Source: Delftia acidovorans NBRC 14950
GTDB taxonomy: Bacteria > Pseudomonadota > Gammaproteobacteria > Burkholderiales > Burkholderiaceae_C
Length of the DNA: 32,000 bases
Direction: 5' to 3'
NCBI RefSeq assembly: GCF_001598795.1
Contig: NZ_BCZP01000009.1
Span: 257,876 to 289,875 of the forward strand
Shown: positions 7,027 through 15,527 of the stretch, one piece after another
Position numbering within the stretch: the first letter of the stretch is position 1
Layout of the letters: the number at the start of each line of letters is the position of its first letter
Made by a program: the position numbers and the translations under genes
The notes under the pieces: model-generated
The model's input: only the letters and a program-made list of their open reading frames with translations
Told to the model about the DNA's origin: nothing
Databases searched by the model: none

Positions 7027-7050
7027 CGCCTGCTGTGCAGGCGTTTTCTT
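7027..7050 (+). terminator. Intrinsic terminator, probable expression platform of the B12 riboswitch
   Basis: CGCCTG-ctgtg-CAGGCG followed by TTTTCTT. It starts 13 nt after the B12 box and ends about 100 nt upstream of the receptor start. Confidence 0.6.
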
Positions 7051-7152
7051 GACTGTCTGCGGGGTGCGGATGGCAACGTCCTGCGCCCTTTCCTCCCACG
7101 CTGGCTGGAGAGGTGGCAGTGCCTTGCTTTCGCATCAGACGGTCGAAGACCG

Positions 7153-9309
7153 ATGTTCGAAATGCATTCTTCCTTTTCCAGGGTTTCCAGCGCTCGCGCT
7201 GCCCAGTCCCTTTCCGTGCGGCTGAGCCCGCTGGCCCTGGCCTGCGCCTTCATCTGCCTGCCGGCGCAGGCTCAAACACAAACGCCCACGCCAACGCCCC
7301 CATCAACCGCCCTGCCCGAGGTCCAGGTCACCGGCCAGGCCGAACGCATCGGCCAGCAACTGGCCCAGCCTGCGCGCTCTGCCAGCCATACCGGCGTCTC
7401 CAACCAGGAAGTGCCGGCCAGCGTGGACGGCGTCTCTGCCGAGCAGATGCAGGAGCGCGGCGACTACGCCCTGGTGGACGCCGTCACGCGCACCGTGGGC
7501 CTGACCTCCAGCAGCACGCCGGGCAACGGCGGCCTGGCCTTCAGCAGCCGCGGCTTTGCGGGTGTCAATTCCGTGGGCGTGGCCGAAGACGGCATGGTGC
7601 TGGGCGTGGCCGCCGGCACCACGGCGTATCCGGGTGACAGCTGGGGCTACGAGCGCATCGAAGTGCTGCGCGGCCCGGCCTCGCTGATGTATGGCAGCGG
7701 CACCATGGGCGCCACGGTCAACGCCTTCCGCAAGCAGCCCAGCCGCACCAGCTCGGCCGAGGTGCTGGTGGGCGCGGGCACGGACGACACGCTGCGCCTG
7801 GGCCTGGGCGTGACCGGCGCCCTGGGCGCCTATGCCAGCTACCGTATCGACAGCTACACCGCCCGCAGCGCAGGCGAGCGCGATCTGGACCAGTCGCGCA
7901 ACGGCAAGTTCATGAGCACGCTGCGCTTGGAGCCCACGAGCGACCTGCAGATCGACCTGATCGCCGACCGCAGCGTGCAAAAGCCCAGCCGCTACTGGGG
8001 CACGCCGGGCCTGAGCGGCAAGGTGGTGGAGTCGCTGCGCGACCGCAATTACAACGCCGAAGACAGCGTGCTGCGCTATGCCGACGAGCGCCTGCGCGCC
8101 AAGGTGCAATGGAAGGCCAATGACTGGCTGACGGTGCGCAACGAGCTGTACCACGTGAAGTCCGACCGCCACTGGCGCAACATCGAGGCCTACGCGCTCA
8201 ACCCCGCCACCTGGACCGTGGGCCGCTCCGACTACCTGGAAATCCTGCACGACCTGGAGCAGACCGGCAACCGCCTGGGCCTGAACGTGGACCGGGGCTC
8301 GCACAAGATCGCCATGGGCTGGGAGGCCGCGCGCATCAACCTGCGGCTGTCCAACAACTCGCCCTATGGTGGCTCGTCCACGGTCTCGGCCTGGGATCCC
8401 GTGCATGGCAGCTGGGCCAGCCCCGATCTCACCGCCGCCAAGACAGAAACCGGCGTGACCCAGCATGCCCTGTACCTGGAAGATGCCTGGCGCATCAGCA
8501 ACCGCTGGCTGGCCATGGCCGGCCTGCGCCGCGATGTCTACGACTTTGCCAGCCACTCGCTGGTGGGCGGCACGGATTTCAACAAGACGCTGGCCGCCAC
8601 CTCCTGGCGCCTGGGCCTGACCTATGAGCTGGCCCGCAACACCCATGTCTATGGGCAGATCAGCTCGGGACACGATCCCGTCAACAGCCTGGTGTCGCTG
8701 AACCTGGCCAACACGGCTTACAAGCTGAGCAAGGGCCGCCAGGCCGAGATCGGCATCAAGCAGCAGGTGGCTGGCGGGCGCGGCGAATGGACGCTGGCCG
8801 TGTTCGACATCAAGAAGGACAACATCATCACGCGCGACCCGGACCGCCCGGCCATCTCCATTCAGGGCGGCAGCCAGTCCTCGCGCGGGGCGGAAGCCAC
8901 CGCCACCTTCCAGGCCACGCCCGCCCTGCGCCTGGAGGGCAACCTGTCCTATGTGGACGCCCAGTTCGACAAGCTCATCGAGGCCGGCGGCAACCGCGCA
9001 GGCAACCGTCCGCAGAACGTGGCCAAGACCACGGCCAACCTTTGGGGCCACTACCGCGTGGGCGCCTGGCAGGCCTCGCTGGGCCTGCGCTACGTGGGTG
9101 ACCGCTTTGGCAACAACGCCAATACCGTGAACCTGCCCGCCTACACCGTGGCCGACGCCGCGCTGAGCTGGCAGGTGGACCCGCGCACCACCCTGAGCCT
9201 GATCGGCCGCAACCTGGCCGACAGGGTCTATGTGGGATCGAGCTACGGCAGCCAGTTCCTGGTCGGGCAAGGCCGCCGCTTCGAGATCGCGGCGCATATC
9301 CGGTTCTGA
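7153..9309 (+). CDS. TonB-dependent outer-membrane receptor (riboswitch context suggests a corrinoid/cobalt-chelate substrate)
   Basis: 718 aa. Signal peptide ends ...LALACAFICLPAQA. TonB-box-like ALPEVQVTG. Plug motifs IEVLRGPASLMYGSG. Beta-barrel repeats and the terminal RRFEIAAHIRF with C-terminal Phe. An alternative start is ATG 7162. Confidence 0.9.
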   Translation: MFEMHSSFSRVSSARAAQSLSVRLSPLALACAFICLPAQAQTQTPTPTPPSTALPEVQVTGQAERIGQQLAQPARSASHTGVSNQEVPASVDGVSAEQMQERGDYALVDAVTRTVGLTSSSTPGNGGLAFSSRGFAGVNSVGVAEDGMVLGVAAGTTAYPGDSWGYERIEVLRGPASLMYGSGTMGATVNAFRKQPSRTSSAEVLVGAGTDDTLRLGLGVTGALGAYASYRIDSYTARSAGERDLDQSRNGKFMSTLRLEPTSDLQIDLIADRSVQKPSRYWGTPGLSGKVVESLRDRNYNAEDSVLRYADERLRAKVQWKANDWLTVRNELYHVKSDRHWRNIEAYALNPATWTVGRSDYLEILHDLEQTGNRLGLNVDRGSHKIAMGWEAARINLRLSNNSPYGGSSTVSAWDPVHGSWASPDLTAAKTETGVTQHALYLEDAWRISNRWLAMAGLRRDVYDFASHSLVGGTDFNKTLAATSWRLGLTYELARNTHVYGQISSGHDPVNSLVSLNLANTAYKLSKGRQAEIGIKQQVAGGRGEWTLAVFDIKKDNIITRDPDRPAISIQGGSQSSRGAEATATFQATPALRLEGNLSYVDAQFDKLIEAGGNRAGNRPQNVAKTTANLWGHYRVGAWQASLGLRYVGDRFGNNANTVNLPAYTVADAALSWQVDPRTTLSLIGRNLADRVYVGSSYGSQFLVGQGRRFEIAAHIRF

Positions 9310-10352
9310 TGGCCATGGCGCGCTCCAAAAGCCTCCATGGCCTGTGCGCTGGCGCCCTGGCGGCCACCCTGCTGCTGGCCGGCTGCTCGCGCAGCGATTC
9401 CGGCACCACCAGTGAACTGCCGGCACCGGCTGCCGCACCGCAGGCGGCCGTGACCGTCAATGTCTGCGGCAGCCCCGTGACCTACGCCAACGCACCGCTG
9501 CGCGCCGTGACCCATGACGTGAACATCACCGAGATGTTTCTCTTTCTGGGCCTGGGCGACCGGCTGGTGGGCTACAGCGGTATCACGCAGGCCAAGCAGA
9601 TCGACCCGGCCTTCCAGGCCCAGCTGGCCCGCGTGCCGCGGCTGGCGGAGCGCGAGATGAACCTGGAGGCCATTCTGGGCGCCTCGGCTGACTTCGTCTT
9701 CGGCGGCTGGAGCTACGGTTTTCGCCAGGGCCAGGTCACGCCCGAGGTGCTGCAGCGCCACGGCATTGCCTCATATGTATTGTCCGAATCGTGCATCCGC
9801 GTGGGGCCGCGCAGCCAGGTGGCGCTGGAAGACGGCCTGACCGACCTGCGCAACCTGGGCCGCATCTTCCGCATCGACGCCCATGCCGAGCAACTGGCGC
9901 AGGGGCTGGAGCGCGAACTCAAGGACCTGCGCGAGCGCATGCAGGGCGTGCGGCAGCGGCCTTCGGTCTTCGTCTACGACAGCGGCCAGGACATCCCCGT
10001 GACCGTGGGCCGCTACGGCATGCCGCAGGCCATGATCGAGGAAGCGGGCGGGCGCAACATCTTCGACGACATTCCCAGCAACTGGCCTGCAGGCAACTGG
10101 GAGGACGTGGTGCAGCGCAACCCGCAGTGGATCGTCATCATCGACTACGGCCAGCCCCATGCGCAGGGCAAGATCGACTTCCTGCTGGCCAAGCCCGAGC
10201 TGGCGGGCGTCGATGCCATCCGCGAAAAGCGGTTCTTCGTCATGACCTATGCCGAGGCCACGCCCGGCCCGCGCAATATTGCGCGGACCCGCGCGCTGGC
10301 GCAGGCCCTGCACCCCGACCGCATGCCGGCGCCCAGCCATGCGGTCAACTGA
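9309..10352 (+). CDS. Periplasmic substrate-binding lipoprotein of a BtuF/FecB-type ABC importer
   Basis: The ATG overlaps the receptor stop (TGATG). Lipobox LLLAGCS. Typical class III binding-protein length and composition. Followed by FecCD permease and ATPase genes. Confidence 0.85.
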   Translation: MAMARSKSLHGLCAGALAATLLLAGCSRSDSGTTSELPAPAAAPQAAVTVNVCGSPVTYANAPLRAVTHDVNITEMFLFLGLGDRLVGYSGITQAKQIDPAFQAQLARVPRLAEREMNLEAILGASADFVFGGWSYGFRQGQVTPEVLQRHGIASYVLSESCIRVGPRSQVALEDGLTDLRNLGRIFRIDAHAEQLAQGLERELKDLRERMQGVRQRPSVFVYDSGQDIPVTVGRYGMPQAMIEEAGGRNIFDDIPSNWPAGNWEDVVQRNPQWIVIIDYGQPHAQGKIDFLLAKPELAGVDAIREKRFFVMTYAEATPGPRNIARTRALAQALHPDRMPAPSHAVN

Positions 10353-11424
10353 CTCCCGCTGGCCCAGGCGTCCTGGCGCCGCCCGCCTCTGGTGCCTGCT
10401 GCTGTTCGCGGCCCTGTTGCTGGTGATGACGCTGGCCATTACCTGGGGGCCAGTGGACATGCCGGCAGGCACGGTCTGGCGCATTGCCCGGAGCCGGTTG
10501 CTGCAGGCCTTGGGCATGCAGCCGCCGCCGCTGGAGGGCATCACGCCGCAGCACCAGCAGATCGTCTGGCTGATCCGCATGCCGCGCGTGCTGCTGGCGG
10601 CCCTGGTGGGCGCGGGGCTTGCCGTGGTGGGCACCATCATGCAGGCCATGGTGCGCAATCCGCTGGCCGATCCCTATCTGCTGGGCGTGTCCTCGGGTGC
10701 GTCGGTGGGCGCCGTGGCCGTGCTGGCCTTCGGTGCGCTGGCCTCGGCCGGCATGTACGCCCTCACGGCCGGGGCCTTTGTGGGGGCGCTGGCGGCCACC
10801 GTCGCCGTCTACCTGCTGGCGCGCTCCCAGGGCCGCATCCATGCCACGCGGCTGATCCTGGGTGGTGTGGCCATCGGCTATGTGCTGGCGGGCGTGACCA
10901 GCCTGATCACCCTGTCATCGGGCCAGCGTGACCTGGCCAATGCCCTGCTGACCTGGACGCTGGGCAGCCTGGCCGGCACGCAGTGGGAGGAACTGGGCAT
11001 TCCCGCCGCCGTGCTGGCTGCAGGAATGCTCTGGCTGGGGCTGCAGACGCGCCCGCTCAACGCCCTGCTGGCCGGTGACGAGGCCGCCGCCACGCTGGGC
11101 GTGGACACGGCACGGCTGCGGCGCGCACTGTTCCTGGCGGTGTCGCTGCTGACGGGCACCATGGTGGCGGTCAGTGGCGCCATCGGCTTTGTGGGGCTAA
11201 TCGTGCCGCACGCCGCGCGCATGCTGGTGGGCACGGACCACCGGCGCGTGCTGCCTGTGGCCGCCCTGGCCGGCGCCCTGCTGCTGGTGCTGGTGGATCT
11301 TGTCGCGCGCACGGCCTTTGCGCCCATGGAACTGCCCGTGGGCGTGATCACCTCGCTGATCGGCGGACCCTTCTTCGTCTGGATGCTGGTGCGCCAGCCG
11401 GTGCAGGGAGGGCGCGGCCCATGA
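10339..11424 (+). CDS. FecCD/BtuC-family ABC importer permease
   Basis: Frame of track ORF 10249..11424. Start taken at ATG 10339 (MRSTDSRWPRRPG..., 14-nt overlap with the binding-protein gene). Multiple TM spans plus RMPRVLLAALVGAGLAVVGTIMQ, NPLADPYLLGVSSGAS and GFVGLIVPHAARMLVG motifs. Confidence 0.87.
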   Translation: MRSTDSRWPRRPGAARLWCLLLFAALLLVMTLAITWGPVDMPAGTVWRIARSRLLQALGMQPPPLEGITPQHQQIVWLIRMPRVLLAALVGAGLAVVGTIMQAMVRNPLADPYLLGVSSGASVGAVAVLAFGALASAGMYALTAGAFVGALAATVAVYLLARSQGRIHATRLILGGVAIGYVLAGVTSLITLSSGQRDLANALLTWTLGSLAGTQWEELGIPAAVLAAGMLWLGLQTRPLNALLAGDEAAATLGVDTARLRRALFLAVSLLTGTMVAVSGAIGFVGLIVPHAARMLVGTDHRRVLPVAALAGALLLVLVDLVARTAFAPMELPVGVITSLIGGPFFVWMLVRQPVQGGRGP

Positions 11425-12209
11425 AGCTGCAAGCCCAGGACCTGTGCTGGAGTGCCGATGCCCGGCGTGTCGACGCCCGGCGCATCGTGGACCAGGCCAG
11501 CCTTGCCCTGCACAGCGGCGAATGCGTGGGGCTCATCGGCCCCAACGGCAGCGGCAAATCCACCCTGCTGCGCATGCTCTACCGCGTGTTGCGGCCCGAC
11601 GCAGGCTGCGTGCTGCTGGACCAGCGCGACATCCGGGACATGACGGCGCGCGAGTTCGCGGCCCAGGTCTCGGTCCTGGCGCAGGAGGCGCCTCAGAGCT
11701 TTGACTTCACCGTGCGCGAGGCGGTGATGATGGGCCGCATCCCCCACCAGTCCCCCTGGGCGGGCGACAGCGCCGAGGACCTCGCCTGCATGCGGCAGGC
11801 GCTGGCCCAGGTGAATGCCTTGGCGCTGGAGGAGCGGCGTTTCTCCAGCCTGTCCGGCGGCGAGAAGCAACGCGTGCTCGTGGCCCGCGCGCTGGCCCAG
11901 CAGCCACGGCTGATGCTGCTGGACGAGCCGACCAACCACCTGGACATACGCCATCAGCTGGAGTTGATGTCACTGGTCCGGCGCCTGCAGATCAGCAGCA
12001 TCGTCGCCCTGCACGACCTCAACATCGCCGCCCACTACTGCGACCGTCTCTATCTCATGGAACAAGGCCGCATCGTTGCCCATGGCACACCGGCCCAGGT
12101 ACTGACCCCGGCCACCATCGGCCAGGTCTACGGCGTGGCTGCCGAGGTGGACATCCATGCCGCCACCGGCCGGCTGCGCATCAGCTTCATTCCCGATGAA
12201 CTCCTCTGA
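11421..12209 (+). CDS. ABC importer ATP-binding protein (BtuD/FecE-like)
   Basis: ATGA overlap with the permease gene. Walker A GPNGSGKST, signature LSGGEKQRV, Walker B LMLLDEPTNHLD, H-loop ALHDLN. Confidence 0.92.
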   Translation: MKLQAQDLCWSADARRVDARRIVDQASLALHSGECVGLIGPNGSGKSTLLRMLYRVLRPDAGCVLLDQRDIRDMTAREFAAQVSVLAQEAPQSFDFTVREAVMMGRIPHQSPWAGDSAEDLACMRQALAQVNALALEERRFSSLSGGEKQRVLVARALAQQPRLMLLDEPTNHLDIRHQLELMSLVRRLQISSIVALHDLNIAAHYCDRLYLMEQGRIVAHGTPAQVLTPATIGQVYGVAAEVDIHAATGRLRISFIPDELL

Positions 12210-12978
12210 AACATCCATCCCGCCCGGGACCGACGCCGTGATCGTGCTGGGCCGCGGCGGCACGGGCGCAGCATCGCGCCAAAGCCTCATCGAATTGGCC
12301 GAGGCCTTGCGCCAGACGCTGGAGCCGGCCTGCAAGGTCGTCACATCCTTCGTGGACAAGGCCGCACCCTCGCTGCCCGAGGCGCTGCAGCAATGCCTGC
12401 CGGCGCGCTCCATCGTCGTGCTGCCCCTGTTCTCGCCCGACGAGCCTGCCCTGCTGCGCTGGCTGCACAAGCTGGCCATGCGCTGGCGCTCGCAGTTGCC
12501 GGACCAGGGCGTGCAGGTGCGGTTTGCCGACCATCTGCTGGGCGCTGCCGCCATGCCCGCGCTGCTGCTGCCGCAGATCAGGCAAGCCCTGCAGACCCCG
12601 GATGTTGCAGAAACCGCAGGCGACCACTGGCAGCACGATCCCCAGGCCTGGTCCCAGGTGCCGGACCACCAGCACCATGCCCTGGTCTGCACGGGACCGC
12701 GCTGCACCGCCCTGGGCGCCGTGGCCGTCTGGCAAAGCCTGGGCGAGGCCGTGCAGGCCAGCAGTGAACTGCGTGCCAGGCTGCGCCTGCTGCAGACCAG
12801 CTGCCAGTACCCCTGCAACCATGGCCCGCTGGCCATCGTCTATCCGGACGGCGTCTGGTACGGGCGGCTCACGGCCGAGAATGCCGCCGAAGTGATCGAA
12901 ACCCATGTGCTCTCGAGGCATGTCTGCGCGGAGCACCACGTGCACGGGCCAGTGGAGCTGGGGACGCAGGCTTCGTGA
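12196..12978 (+). CDS. CbiX/SirB-like domain fused to a thioredoxin-like [2Fe-2S] ferredoxin domain
   Basis: Frame of track ORF 12157..12978. Start at ATG 12196 (MNSSETS), overlapping the ATPase gene by 14 nt. The N-terminal half resembles CbiX (AVIVLGRGG..., IVVLPLFSPDEPALL). The C-terminal half has C-x4-C (CTGPRC) and C-x3-C (CQYPC) with PLAIVYPDGVWYG. Confidence 0.72.
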   Translation: MNSSETSIPPGTDAVIVLGRGGTGAASRQSLIELAEALRQTLEPACKVVTSFVDKAAPSLPEALQQCLPARSIVVLPLFSPDEPALLRWLHKLAMRWRSQLPDQGVQVRFADHLLGAAAMPALLLPQIRQALQTPDVAETAGDHWQHDPQAWSQVPDHQHHALVCTGPRCTALGAVAVWQSLGEAVQASSELRARLRLLQTSCQYPCNHGPLAIVYPDGVWYGRLTAENAAEVIETHVLSRHVCAEHHVHGPVELGTQAS

Positions 12979-12982
12979 TGTC

Positions 12983-13909
12983 TCAGGGCTGTGCCGCCTC
13001 CAGCTCGGCCAGCCTCACCGCCACAAAATCCCGCAACGCACGCACCAGCGGCGTGAACTGCCTGCGACTGGGTGCGACCAGGAACAGCGGCACGCACTCG
13101 GTCGTCCAGTCGGTGCACAGCGCAAGAAGGCGGCCCCGGGCCAGGTCCTCGGCCACGTCGAAATACGACTTGTAGGCAATCCCCCGCCCAGCCACGGCCC
13201 AGCGCCGCACGGCATCTCCGTCATTGGCCACATTGCGGCCGCGCACCCGGACATGGACCGGCTCAGGTACGGCAGTCCCCTGCCCTGCCGGCCAGAAGCT
13301 CCAGCGGTCGTGCACTTCCTCGCCCAGCATGAAGCACAGGCAGTCATGGCCGGCCAGGTCGTGGGGGGTGGCGGGGGCGCCGCGCTGCTGCAGATAGGAG
13401 GGCGCGGCGCAGAGCACGCGGCGGTGCGTGTCCGACAGCGGCAAGGCCACCAGGCTGGAATCCTGCGGCCTGCCATAGCGAAAGGCCGCATCCACAGGCT
13501 CGCTGTAGACATTGGCAGCGCGGTCGGACAGGTGCAGGCGCAGATCCACGCCTGCATGCTGGCTCTGGAATTCGTCCAGCCAGGGCATGAGCACGTTGCG
13601 GCCCAGGTCGGAGGGGGCGGCCAGTTGCAGCGTGCCGCGCAAAGCGGCCTGGCCGCCAGCCAACTGGTCGCGCACCTGGCGCAGGCCGGCCAGCGCGGGG
13701 CGGCAGTGCTCCAGAAACAGCTCGCCCTCCTGCGTGAGCCGCAGGCTGCGCGTGGAGCGCACGAACAGGGTCACGCCCAGCTCTGCCTCCAGCCGCTTTA
13801 GCGCTGCGCTGGCGGCAGCCGGGGTCAGGTCCAGGGCACGCGCCGTGGCCGAGAGGCTGCCGCTGTCTGCGGTGCGCACGAAGATATCCAGGTCTTGCAG
13901 GCTTTTCAT
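12983..13909 (-). CDS. LysR-family transcriptional regulator
   Basis: Start taken at MKSLQDLDIFVRTADSGSLSATARALDLTPAAASAALKRLEAELGVTLFVRSTR (ATG = complement of 13907-13909). LysR substrate-binding domain follows. Divergent from the hydrolase gene. Confidence 0.9.
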   Translation of the reverse strand: MKSLQDLDIFVRTADSGSLSATARALDLTPAAASAALKRLEAELGVTLFVRSTRSLRLTQEGELFLEHCRPALAGLRQVRDQLAGGQAALRGTLQLAAPSDLGRNVLMPWLDEFQSQHAGVDLRLHLSDRAANVYSEPVDAAFRYGRPQDSSLVALPLSDTHRRVLCAAPSYLQQRGAPATPHDLAGHDCLCFMLGEEVHDRWSFWPAGQGTAVPEPVHVRVRGRNVANDGDAVRRWAVAGRGIAYKSYFDVAEDLARGRLLALCTDWTTECVPLFLVAPSRRQFTPLVRALRDFVAVRLAELEAAQP

Positions 13910-13931
13910 GGGCATTCGCCAGGCTTTGATT

Positions 13932-13948
13932 TTCAAAAACTATTTGAA
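13932..13948. promoter_or_regulatory. Candidate LysR box (palindrome TTCAAA-N5-TTTGAA)
   Basis: TTCAAAAACTATTTGAA is a perfect 6-bp inverted repeat in the AT-rich LysR/hydrolase divergent gap and fits the T-N11-A logic. Confidence 0.35.
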
Positions 13949-14063
13949 GCTTAGTCCAACGAGAAAGCCATTTGTCGTGCTTGCGCCAACTGGGAGCACG
14001 GCCTGGGATGGAAGCCGGCTTCCGTCCTTTGGCAGCGGATCTTGGCGCCCCGGCAACCGTAGT

Positions 14064-15401
14064 ATGGTTGTCGCCATGCAGCTCAAACATTTCGCCGGTG
14101 CCCTGGCTGGCAGCCTGGTGTTCGCCACAGCCACGGCAGGGGTCACCGCAGCCAAGACCCCCTCCTATCCCGATGCCGATGCCAGCGACCCCGCAAAGCT
14201 GGGCTGGATGGTGGGCTCGCCGCCACCGCCGGACCGGATGCTGCGCTTCGACGATGGCTCCTATTTCCAGTTTCCCGCCATGCGCTGGAGCGTCTCGCAC
14301 TTTCGCCAGCTCATGCCCACGGTGAATGTGTCGCGCGGCCTGGCGCCTGCAGCGCCGCTGGCCCAGGCGTTGCGCGAAGACATCGACGAGTTGCGCTTCA
14401 CGCCATTGGGTGCCAGCCAGCCCATGACCTGGCGCGATTCGCTCAAGGCCAACTACACCGACGGCATCGTGGTGCTGCACAAGGGCCGCGTGATCTATGA
14501 GCGCTACTTCGGCGTGCTCAAACCCGAAGGCCAGCACGGCGCCATGTCGGTGACCAAGTCCTTCGTCGGCACGCTGGCGGCCATGCTGGCTGCCGAGGGG
14601 CAGCTCGACCCCTCGCGCCGTGTGTCGGAATACGTGCCAGAGTTGGCGGCCTCGGCCTTCGGCAATGCCACGGTGCGCCAACTCATGGACATGACCACGG
14701 GCATACGCTTCAGCGAAGACTATGCGGACCCCCAGGCCGAGGTCTGGGCGCACGCGGCAGCGGGCAACCCGCTGCCCAAGGCCAAGGACTACACCGGGCC
14801 GCGCAGCTACTACGAATTCCTGCAGACCGTGAAGCCCGAAGGCGTGCACGGCAAGGCCTTTGGCTACCGCACGGCCAATACCGATGCGCTGGGCTGGGTG
14901 CTGGCGCGCGTGAGCGGCCAATCGGTGGCCGATCTGCTGTCCGAGCGCATCTGGAGCCGCCTGGGCGCCGAGCAGGATGCCTACATGTCGGTGGACTCCA
15001 CGGGCACGCCCTTTGCAGGCGGCGGCCTGAACCTGGGCCTGCGGGATCTGGCGCGCTTTGGCGAGATGCTGCGCAACCGGGGCCAGTTCAACGGCCAGCA
15101 GATCATTCCCGCAGCCGCCGTGGACGATATCCGCCGGGGCGGCGATGCGGCGGCCTTTGCCAAGGCCGGCTACAAGCTGCTGCCGGGCTGGACCTACCGC
15201 AACATGTGGTGGGTCACGCACAACGCCCATGGCGCCTTCGCGGCGCGCGGCGTGCATGGCCAGACCGTCTACATCGATCCCAAGGCACAGATGGTGATTG
15301 CGCGCTTCGCCTCTCACCCGGTGGCTGGCAATGCGGCCAATGACCCGACCTCGCTGCCGGCCTACGAGGCCCTGGGCCGGATGCTGGCTGGGGAGCGCTG
15401 A
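14064..15401 (+). CDS. Beta-lactamase-fold serine hydrolase (class C / 6-aminohexanoate-dimer-hydrolase-like), secreted
   Basis: Frame of track ORF 13512..15401. Start at ATG 14064 or 14076 (MQLKHFAGALAGSLVFATATAGVTAA signal peptide). SxxK motif in AMSVTKSFVG. YRTANTD and GGGLNL blocks. Confidence 0.85.
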   Translation: MVVAMQLKHFAGALAGSLVFATATAGVTAAKTPSYPDADASDPAKLGWMVGSPPPPDRMLRFDDGSYFQFPAMRWSVSHFRQLMPTVNVSRGLAPAAPLAQALREDIDELRFTPLGASQPMTWRDSLKANYTDGIVVLHKGRVIYERYFGVLKPEGQHGAMSVTKSFVGTLAAMLAAEGQLDPSRRVSEYVPELAASAFGNATVRQLMDMTTGIRFSEDYADPQAEVWAHAAAGNPLPKAKDYTGPRSYYEFLQTVKPEGVHGKAFGYRTANTDALGWVLARVSGQSVADLLSERIWSRLGAEQDAYMSVDSTGTPFAGGGLNLGLRDLARFGEMLRNRGQFNGQQIIPAAAVDDIRRGGDAAAFAKAGYKLLPGWTYRNMWWVTHNAHGAFAARGVHGQTVYIDPKAQMVIARFASHPVAGNAANDPTSLPAYEALGRMLAGER

Positions 15402-15527
15402 AGCACTGAAGGGGCGGCAATTCCCCGCATAGGCTTCGGCGGCCAGGGGGCACCGCCTGCATGGACGCGTATTGTCAAGAAAATTTGCTAACGTATGTAG
15501 CATCTTCTTGCAATAAGTAATTCTTCT

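Noticed and set aside
6603-7253. 216-aa minus-strand ORF covering the alkB-operon/TonB-receptor gap.
   Set aside because: The region carries a complete plus-strand cobalamin riboswitch and terminator. The ORF translation is R/P/A-rich junk without an RBS.
10249-10338. N-terminal extensions of track ORFs. Examples are 10249 for the permease, 12157 for the CbiX-like gene, 13512 for the hydrolase, 25848 for the helicase, 4388 for the oxygenase, and 18530, 21207, 23050 and 30242 on the minus strand.
   Set aside because: The extensions overlap the preceding gene or are R/P/C-rich. Internal ATGs give sensible signal peptides, family-typical N-termini or an RBS. Some track starts are non-ATG (for example TTG at 25537). 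I trimmed the coordinates accordingly.
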